This document shows, in pieces, positions 57,367-64,000 of a stretch of 64,000 bases of DNA. Location: positions 10,768 to 74,767 of the forward strand of contig VMFS01000001.1 of assembly GCA_007376185.1 (NCBI GenBank). The letters are read 5' to 3'. Source of the DNA: Parcubacteria group bacterium Gr01-1014_30 (GTDB lineage Bacteria; Patescibacteriota; Minisyncoccia; Minisyncoccales; 2-12-FULL-40-12). Position 1 is the first letter of the stretch. Every line of letters starts with the position of its first letter. Both the position numbers and the translations under genes were made by a program. The notes below the pieces were generated by a model. The model was not told the origin of the DNA. It was given only the letters and a program-made list of their open reading frames with translations, and searched no databases.

Positions 57367-59631
57367 ATGGCCCAAAAAACCAAACTTATTACTCTTTTTG
57401 TCTTGTATTTTCTTTCTATTTCTTCTCTCACTCCTGTTTTGGCACAAGAGAGGGGGTTGGAAGTTGACTACCCGGAAGTTTTTGGGGACCAACCCCAAAA
57501 CGTAACCACCCTCCTCCCTGAGTACGTAAAATATTTATTCGGTTTGGGAATCTGGCTAGTGGGCTTGGTAGCTTTCGGAGCAATGGTTTGGGGAGGCATA
57601 ATTTGGCTGACTGCCTCTGGCAGCCCTGAAAAGATAAAAGAAGGCAGAGACCGCATAACTTCGGCTTTCTTGGGAATAATAATCCTGCTTGCCTCTTACA
57701 TAATACTCAATATTATCAACCCGCAACTGATTTCTTTTGACGTGCGGCCTCTGCTTGGCATTCCCACAGAGCCAAGGACCCCACCCCCTCCTCTTGAACC
57801 AGATGAAATTACTCTAATCGCCAAAGAAATACCTCTTGGCCAGGTCTTGGAACGAGGAGTTTGGGAGCAAGAAAGAACAAACCGGATAAGAACGATTTTT
57901 GAGCAGCTTAATGCGTTCCTGCAAGAAGAAATAACGAATAACCCGCGCATAAACCGAATTTCGGATTTGCAAAAATACCTCAAAAAACTTACCGAGGATT
58001 GCCAGTGCGGCTTGATGGACGCTTTTTCAGCCGGCCCCTGGCAGGGCGGAGGCGGAGTCGCCTGCACAGGAGAGCCGTGCCCGGAAGAAAACTTGGAAAA
58101 AATACGGGAAATTCTTGACGTCAACGAAGAAAAAGTAAGGCGGCTTGTTGGGTTCCGCCAACTGCTAGCCCAAGAAAAAGAATTGCTTGAAACCGCCTTG
58201 TCCCGTTTAGCCGACATAGAGCAAGACATAAACGATTGTCAAAACGCCTCGGGCGGCATTTACTCTTTGGCCGAATACTCAAACTTGGCCCAGTTTTACG
58301 AGGACTCAGGCAGTAAAACAGCTACAATAGAAAACCCTTACTACGCAAGCAGGGCTGACCCTCTAACTTTTTACTGTCCGACGGGAGGAACCGCTTTTGA
58401 CTTCCCTTACGCGGCCGAAGTTGACCTTTCCCTTAACGAGCCCATTCCCTTTGAGGCCTCGGCCGACTTTGCTTTTGAACAAATAAGTTGCCCTGTTGAA
58501 ATACCGGTTGGCGAGGTCTTGGACGGCCTGCGCCAAGAAGCAATTTTGCTTTCAATCAAAATGGAAAAGTCAATATTGCTGATTGACGATCTAACCCGAG
58601 AGCTCGCCAGAATTTCCGACCTGATAGACCAGTTCAATGGAAGCCAGTGCGAAGTTTCAACCGGCTGCTTTCGTCCTCCTTTTTTCTTTTTCCTGCCGTG
58701 CCTTCAAGTACTCGGAAGCTGCACTGGCACTCCCGGACCCAGAGACGAGCTCGCTGACGCCGTGCAATCAGTAAAAGAGGCCGAAGACGAACTCCTGCTG
58801 ACAATAGAGCAAACAAAAGAAATATTCCCGAAAGTTGACTTTTTAATAAGGTCTCCTCAAAACCCAATTAACCTGCAAAACGTCAGAACTTCGGTTCAAC
58901 TGGCTTCCAGTCCTTACAAAGCCGGCGAGTTTGGGCCTGAACAAGATTGGGTTTTGTTAAACTGCGAGGAAGCTGTTGGCAACGTTGGCCCTGACGGCCT
59001 GACAATCGCCTCGTGCCAACCGAGAAATTTTTACGCCTGTACGTCAACCGGAGCCACAGAGCCAGCTTTCCCGTCTGTGATTAAAGACAGACCAGCCACC
59101 ATTATACCTGAAAAGCAATACGAGCCCTTAGAGGCCGCCTCGGACAACTGTCCCGAGGGTTGGCTGTGCAACCGAGACGTAACCTTCTACAATCAATACA
59201 CAGACGCCTCAGAGCCGGTAAAACAGCTGCTTTCCTGCATGAGACAACGTTTGGACAGGGTTGAAGAAGAAAAAGAGCTGGAAGGAACGCTTGGCCGCAT
59301 AACCAGCATTTCAGACAGCAAGCTGACCATAGGAACTTGCGACTGGGGAGCGGGGCCCTCGGAGCCTGGCGGCTGCAGTCACACTTACACCGTACGCCAG
59401 GGCCGAGAATCAGTTTCAGCTCACTACGGCGGCTCTCTTTGCCGTTACCAAAAAACGTCTTATGCCATTGACGTAGGGGCTAGAGAACCTCTGGAAAAAA
59501 GATACGCTGAAGAAATAATTGCAGCCGCCAAAGAATGCGCTCCCGCAGCTTGGATAGGTTACCAGATTCCGGGCCACTATGAACACATACACATAAGTAT
59601 TGGCAGGGTCAATCAGTGCGGAGCAAATTAG
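57367..59631 (+). CDS. Pilin-anchored (VirB2-like) Cys-rich protein with a C-terminal M15-like peptidase motif
   Basis: WGG..WLTASGSP......R..I....G..ILL.SY.IL..INPQL; SAH...AID...HIH. Confidence 0.75.
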   Translation: MAQKTKLITLFVLYFLSISSLTPVLAQERGLEVDYPEVFGDQPQNVTTLLPEYVKYLFGLGIWLVGLVAFGAMVWGGIIWLTASGSPEKIKEGRDRITSAFLGIIILLASYIILNIINPQLISFDVRPLLGIPTEPRTPPPPLEPDEITLIAKEIPLGQVLERGVWEQERTNRIRTIFEQLNAFLQEEITNNPRINRISDLQKYLKKLTEDCQCGLMDAFSAGPWQGGGGVACTGEPCPEENLEKIREILDVNEEKVRRLVGFRQLLAQEKELLETALSRLADIEQDINDCQNASGGIYSLAEYSNLAQFYEDSGSKTATIENPYYASRADPLTFYCPTGGTAFDFPYAAEVDLSLNEPIPFEASADFAFEQISCPVEIPVGEVLDGLRQEAILLSIKMEKSILLIDDLTRELARISDLIDQFNGSQCEVSTGCFRPPFFFFLPCLQVLGSCTGTPGPRDELADAVQSVKEAEDELLLTIEQTKEIFPKVDFLIRSPQNPINLQNVRTSVQLASSPYKAGEFGPEQDWVLLNCEEAVGNVGPDGLTIASCQPRNFYACTSTGATEPAFPSVIKDRPATIIPEKQYEPLEAASDNCPEGWLCNRDVTFYNQYTDASEPVKQLLSCMRQRLDRVEEEKELEGTLGRITSISDSKLTIGTCDWGAGPSEPGGCSHTYTVRQGRESVSAHYGGSLCRYQKTSYAIDVGAREPLEKRYAEEIIAAAKECAPAAWIGYQIPGHYEHIHISIGRVNQCGAN

Positions 59632-59635
59632 CGGG

Positions 59636-60021
59636 TAAGCACGAAATCCGAAATTCGAAATCCGAAACAAATTCGAATGGCTGAAATTCAAAATTCAAAA
59701 CACTACGACCTTGAAAAACGAACTTTTGAATTTGCTAAAGCAGTAAGAATATTTATCAAAAAACTCCAGAAAAACATTTCGAATTTTGAAGACGCAAAAC
59801 AGCTCGTAAGATCTTCAGGCTCTGTTGGTGCAAACTATATTGAGGCAAATGAGTCGCTGAGTAAAAAGGATTTCATGATGAGAATTATGATATCTCGTAA
59901 GAGAAGCTGTAGAATTAATGATGATTTTCAGCGCAATTATGAGAAAAGCTAAATAGTTTATGATATTAGAATTTTGGATTTAGGTATTGTTTCGAATTTC
60001 GTGCTTCGTATTTCGAATTTA
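59636..60021. mobile_element. Heptamer inverted-repeat element, filled form
   Basis: Same arms as 48487 and 62647, enclosing the four-helix-bundle gene. Confidence 0.7.
59677..59956 (+). pseudogene. Four-helix-bundle protein (TIGR02436/23S IVP-like) with internal deletion and frameshift
   Basis: DLEKRT..FA, QLVRSSGSVGANYIEANE..SKKDF..R..ISRK; tail EAVELMMIFSAIMRKAK* is in another frame. Confidence 0.8.
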
Positions 60022-60026
60022 AGACA

Positions 60027-62636
60027 ATGGCTTTCAATAAAAAACTAATTATCATATCTCTGTTGCTTGCTAGCGCAATAATAGCCGGCGCTGTTTTTGC
60101 CGAACAGATTGCAAAACTGGGGCAAAAAATTGAAAATCGTCTGGAAGTTTACGCTCAAACGACGCCTTTGTACTTTATGCCTCGTTTCCCCGACCGCCTA
60201 AGCTTCATGGTTTCCGAGCTGGCAATAGCGAGCCAAGAACTGGAATACCTGGGCTCAACTTTAAGTTCTGGAATATCAGACTGCGGCTGTCAAAACGCGG
60301 CTTCTGAGTGCTTTGACTGCAACCCAGGAAGAGTTTTAGGCGACCCCTGTCCTCAAAGGCGGCAAATTGAAAGAGACCAGTTTGACCTTGAAATAAAGGC
60401 GGACCAAGTTGTATTTTTGCGCCGCCTTCTGGAAAAAGAGCTAGAAATCTCGCTACAAAGAGAACTGGCAACTCTAAGACAAGACGACGCCCAAAATCTG
60501 GAAAGCTACCTGGACGACATTCTGTCGCAAATCCAGACAATTCTAGACAGTTCGCGGAGTATCTCGGACCTTTCGCAAACAACCACAGAAACCATAAGCC
60601 AGTGCGGGGCGCAATGCGGTTCGGTTGGCGGAGGTTTCGGTTGGCGGGCATGCGTGGGCTTGGTTAGCCAGCAAAAACCTTGGACGGTAAAATGGTCGGC
60701 TGGCGTTGCGCTAAGCGACTTGGAGCTTGGCGGAGTTCAAATAAGAAACATTAACCTTGGCTTGCCCCAGGAAATTACGACTCCCCGACTACCCGACCTG
60801 CCTTCTTTCGCGGTACAGCTTCCTACCGTGCAAATCAACTTCCCGGAAACGCCCTTGGGACAAGCCATTAACTTGGCTCCCCAGCCGGTTGTTTTTCGGC
60901 CGCCATCACCCCAAGTTCCCCTGCCTCCAACCCTTACTTTATCTTGTCCGTCTTTGCCCAACCTGTCTTCATCTTATCAGTGGCCTGACTCGCAAGAACA
61001 AGAGACGATTGCATTTACGCCTTCTGGTTGGGAAGACTGGTTTCAAACCTTTGAAACGTTAAGAGGCATGTGCTTGAACGTCTTGCTTTTTACCTACGGA
61101 GGCAACCACAGTTTCGACTACTTCAACTCTCCTGAATACGCGGCCTGCCAAGACCCACCGCAGGTCAGTCCAACTCTTACTGCTATGTGCAACTCTCTTT
61201 TGGTGGAGTACCAAAACTGCATAAACAACCCGCCAATAGTATGCGTTCCTCCGCCGCCTGAATGCGACTCGCCTCCGCCTGATTTTGACCCGCAACTCTC
61301 TGACAGTTCTCTTGAGCAAGGCGGCGGCTCAGCAACGGCTACGAGCCAAACCATCGGCAACTTCCCCAAAAGCACGCTTGATTGCCCAGTTTCGCCGCCA
61401 ACCATTCCGAAAATCAGGTTTCCCGACATAATCATACCTGACGTCGTAACCCCCGACTTTAGAGTTTGGCCCTTCATTGACATAAAACTGCCTAATTTTA
61501 TTTTTGAGGATTTAATCCTGCCAGACCTCTATCTTTGCGACATAAACAACTGCTCTAACCTCTTTCCTGACTTGCGTTTCCAAACGCCGTTTCTTAACAT
61601 TCCAGAAGTTGCGCTGCCTGCAATTTGTCTGCCTCAGGCTCCTATATTTGCGCCAGGCGCAGGAAACGTTTCAGTAATTATGCCCTGCGTTGGAATAAAC
61701 AACATAAAATACCCAGTAATGCCTTACATTTCTTACCAGTTGTTCAATTTAGGCAACCTTTTGACCCCCGAGGTGGAATTGCAAGGGATTGAGTTTCCTC
61801 TGCCTCGTCTAACTTTTGCCTTCAGAGGCGTTGACATTGACTTCATAGGTCTTCTCTTGGGTTTGTTCTTACCGCCCTTGCCTTCTGGCTGTCTCTCCTT
61901 TGACGTTTTGGGTCTTCCCTTAAGAGTCCACTTTGACGATGTAATTTTTAGCTGGCCTTCTTTTCCGCAGGTGCCCGAAATTCCTTTTTGCAGCGAGATT
62001 AACCAGTTTTGCCGGCAAATAAGATTGAATATGGCCGACGTAACCAGCAAAGTCGGGCAAATACAAAATATCGTCAACAATGTTATGCAAACCCAAATGC
62101 AGACGCGCCTAAACACCGGAGCTCAAACCATAAATCAGCGAATAGCCCAAGCCATTCAGGACCAGCTTGAAGCCCGCGCGCAAAAAGTGCGAGAAAAAAT
62201 AGAAGAACACGTTCGCCTCAACGCCAGAGTCGTGGCTGGCAAAGTGCAAGTTTCGCCTCTGACAATTCAACTTGACCCGATTGTCATACCCCAGCTTTCT
62301 CTGCAAAGTTTATTAGGTATACCAGCCACAATTCAAATTCCGTGGCCCGAAAATCTCAAAAGGGTGCTTTTGAGCCGACCAATAACCTACCAACTGCCTA
62401 AGGTGCCTTTGTCTCAACTTAGCTATGAAACCGAGTTTGACTTAAAAATTCCCGGGTTTCAAATGGCAAGGCCAATCGCCACTTTGGGTCCTTTAAGAGG
62501 CGGCTGTGAAGCTCAAGCGCCTTCAGGCGGCAACCCCTACCCTGTGGGCCAGATTGATTTGGCTCTTTCTGGCTTGACTCGTGCAAAAAACCAAATTGAA
62601 GAAACTTCCCAAAACATAATTGATATATTAAGATGA
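60027..62636 (+). CDS. Large exported Pro/Cys-rich protein
   Basis: Signal peptide, CxC..C..PCP modules, long P/hydrophobic repeats, coiled-coil ends. Confidence 0.75.
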   Translation: MAFNKKLIIISLLLASAIIAGAVFAEQIAKLGQKIENRLEVYAQTTPLYFMPRFPDRLSFMVSELAIASQELEYLGSTLSSGISDCGCQNAASECFDCNPGRVLGDPCPQRRQIERDQFDLEIKADQVVFLRRLLEKELEISLQRELATLRQDDAQNLESYLDDILSQIQTILDSSRSISDLSQTTTETISQCGAQCGSVGGGFGWRACVGLVSQQKPWTVKWSAGVALSDLELGGVQIRNINLGLPQEITTPRLPDLPSFAVQLPTVQINFPETPLGQAINLAPQPVVFRPPSPQVPLPPTLTLSCPSLPNLSSSYQWPDSQEQETIAFTPSGWEDWFQTFETLRGMCLNVLLFTYGGNHSFDYFNSPEYAACQDPPQVSPTLTAMCNSLLVEYQNCINNPPIVCVPPPPECDSPPPDFDPQLSDSSLEQGGGSATATSQTIGNFPKSTLDCPVSPPTIPKIRFPDIIIPDVVTPDFRVWPFIDIKLPNFIFEDLILPDLYLCDINNCSNLFPDLRFQTPFLNIPEVALPAICLPQAPIFAPGAGNVSVIMPCVGINNIKYPVMPYISYQLFNLGNLLTPEVELQGIEFPLPRLTFAFRGVDIDFIGLLLGLFLPPLPSGCLSFDVLGLPLRVHFDDVIFSWPSFPQVPEIPFCSEINQFCRQIRLNMADVTSKVGQIQNIVNNVMQTQMQTRLNTGAQTINQRIAQAIQDQLEARAQKVREKIEEHVRLNARVVAGKVQVSPLTIQLDPIVIPQLSLQSLLGIPATIQIPWPENLKRVLLSRPITYQLPKVPLSQLSYETEFDLKIPGFQMARPIATLGPLRGGCEAQAPSGGNPYPVGQIDLALSGLTRAKNQIEETSQNIIDILR

Positions 62637-62646
62637 AAGAAGGCGT

Positions 62647-62756
62647 TAAATCCGAAGCACGAAATCCCAAGCACGAAACAAACTCAAATATCAAATGACC
62701 AAAATCCAAAACGTTTTGAATTTAGAATTTCGAATTTAGATATTGTTTCGAATTTA
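62647..62756. repeat. Heptamer inverted-repeat element, empty form
   Basis: AAATCCG AAGCACG...ATGACCAAAATCCAAAAC|GTTTTGAATTT...TTGTTTCGAATTT. Confidence 0.85.
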
Positions 62757-62761
62757 ATTGT

Positions 62762-64000
62762 ATGAATGCTCTGAAAAAGTTTATAGTGTCAGCCGTACTC
62801 GCCTTACTGCTTTTTTCTTTCCTGCCCTCTCAGGCGTTTGCCCAAGAAGAAAGGCCGCTTGAGGTCGTGTACCCAAGCATTCCCGGAGCCCCAACTCCAA
62901 CCAGCGTTGAAACCGCCCTGCCAGAATACGTTCAATACATTTTCCGGTTCGCGCTCATTATCATCGGCTTCATAATTTTCGGCGTCTTGATTTACAACGG
63001 AGGCCTATATATGACTTCCTCGGGAAATCCTACAATGATGGGAGAAGCGAGAAGCGGAATTTTGGCGGCAGTTTTCGGCCTATTAGTTCTGCTCGGCTCC
63101 TGGCTTATTTTCAACACCATCAACCCGCAGTTGGTAGTGCTTGAACAAACACCTTTGGATCCTTTAAGACCCGTAATGCAAGCTGGCATCTATGTTTGCG
63201 TTGACGGGGGGCAAGCGGCTCCCGTAATTTCCAGCTTGCTTCCCAGCTACATAGAGGGTGACCGCGACATACAAATTGAAGCCGCCAAACAAATCGGAGA
63301 AACAATGATAGAGTTCAGCTGCTTTAGATTGGGTGCTTCTGGAAACTTTAATAACTTTACGGTGAGACAAGGCCAAAACACTTTCTTCAGCGTGCCCGAC
63401 GTAAGGGTAAATGAACAAAACGACCTCGTGTATGACGTTTACGAGTACGGCTTAATCTTGCACGAAAAAGACAATTTCAGGGGAAAAGCCATACTCGTTG
63501 AACCGCCTTACGCCAGGTTTAACCCCCTTGCCACTGCCAACCTCGGGAGAAGCGGCAACTTCCCTCCTCTCAATTTCATTGCAAAATCATTTACTCTTTT
63601 CAGGAAAGTGCCGGAACCCTTAACAGAAAGCCCTGGAGCCACTTTGTTTGCCTGCTTAAACTACAACGAACCGCCTTTTGCGTGCAAAGAAGAGGGCGAC
63701 GAAAATATTTCTGCCTCTTTCGGAACGGCAGGCGGCGACACAGCATACTTCAGAGAAGCCGATCTTAACACCAACATCACACTAGCTGAAAACACCAGGT
63801 CAATACAACTTGAGTCTGAAGACGGTATGTTTGCGGTTATGTTCAGCGAAAACAACTTCAGAGGCGACACCGTTGAAGTGATTAAAGCCGGCGACAGAAA
63901 CCTTCAAGACAACCCCATTGGTCGGTGCGGCAACGCCTGCACCGCCGTCATTGGCGGAGTTATTAGAATTTTTGGGGGAGAATGCGACTCCTGCGTCAGG
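62762..64000 (+). CDS. Pilin-anchored protein with beta/gamma-crystallin-like motifs, runs off the window end
   Basis: Manual translation: LEVVYP...LPEYVQYIF...TSSGNP...INPQL; LHEKDNFRG and FSENNFRG. Confidence 0.75.
   Translation, partial: MNALKKFIVSAVLALLLFSFLPSQAFAQEERPLEVVYPSIPGAPTPTSVETALPEYVQYIFRFALIIIGFIIFGVLIYNGGLYMTSSGNPTMMGEARSGILAAVFGLLVLLGSWLIFNTINPQLVVLEQTPLDPLRPVMQAGIYVCVDGGQAAPVISSLLPSYIEGDRDIQIEAAKQIGETMIEFSCFRLGASGNFNNFTVRQGQNTFFSVPDVRVNEQNDLVYDVYEYGLILHEKDNFRGKAILVEPPYARFNPLATANLGRSGNFPPLNFIAKSFTLFRKVPEPLTESPGATLFACLNYNEPPFACKEEGDENISASFGTAGGDTAYFREADLNTNITLAENTRSIQLESEDGMFAVMFSENNFRGDTVEVIKAGDRNLQDNPIGRCGNACTAVIGGVIRIFGGECDSCVR

Noticed and set aside
12844..60021. Complete DGR (variable gene plus Avd-like gene)
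   Set aside because: No reverse transcriptase or template repeat seen; the four-helix gene is 46 kb away, broken and of the TIGR02436 type.
1..64000. Alternative genetic code (UGA=Gly) or a prophage
   Set aside because: TGA terminates argS and pyrE at expected positions, conserved genes are uninterrupted, and no phage hallmark genes were seen.

Overview
Chromosomal window from a small-genome bacterium, most likely Patescibacteria/CPR (Parcubacteria-like). This is inferred from VirB2-like pilin fusions, single-domain response regulators, the PaaX/Cas2-like gene and Shine-Dalgarno-poor genes; genetic code 11. The backbone is housekeeping: pilC, a polyprenyl synthase, greA, polX, infC-rpmI-rplT, ssrA-smpB, argS, ileS, recG, pyrH, cca, rpsO-pnp, comM, rsmA and three tRNAs. 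It also holds a HAMP/FIST/kinase/two-receiver signalling cluster and giant Cys-rich pilin-anchored proteins. Main unexplained structure: (1) two recombinase-less mini-elements at the 3' ends of tmRNA and tRNA-Ala, with near-identical ends, unrelated AT-rich membrane-protein cargo, and ends that rejoin into one reading frame on circularisation; (2) periodic inverted-repeat elements found both filled with a four-helix-bundle gene and empty; (3) several palindromic repeat families inserted in-frame into essential proteins; (4) a two-copy structured motif with compensatory base changes; (5) a GC-rich gene whose 3' end resembles a DGR variable repeat; (6) a PaaX/Cas2-like gene bracketed by palindromic direct repeats. 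All family assignments are by motif recognition; no database searches were run.
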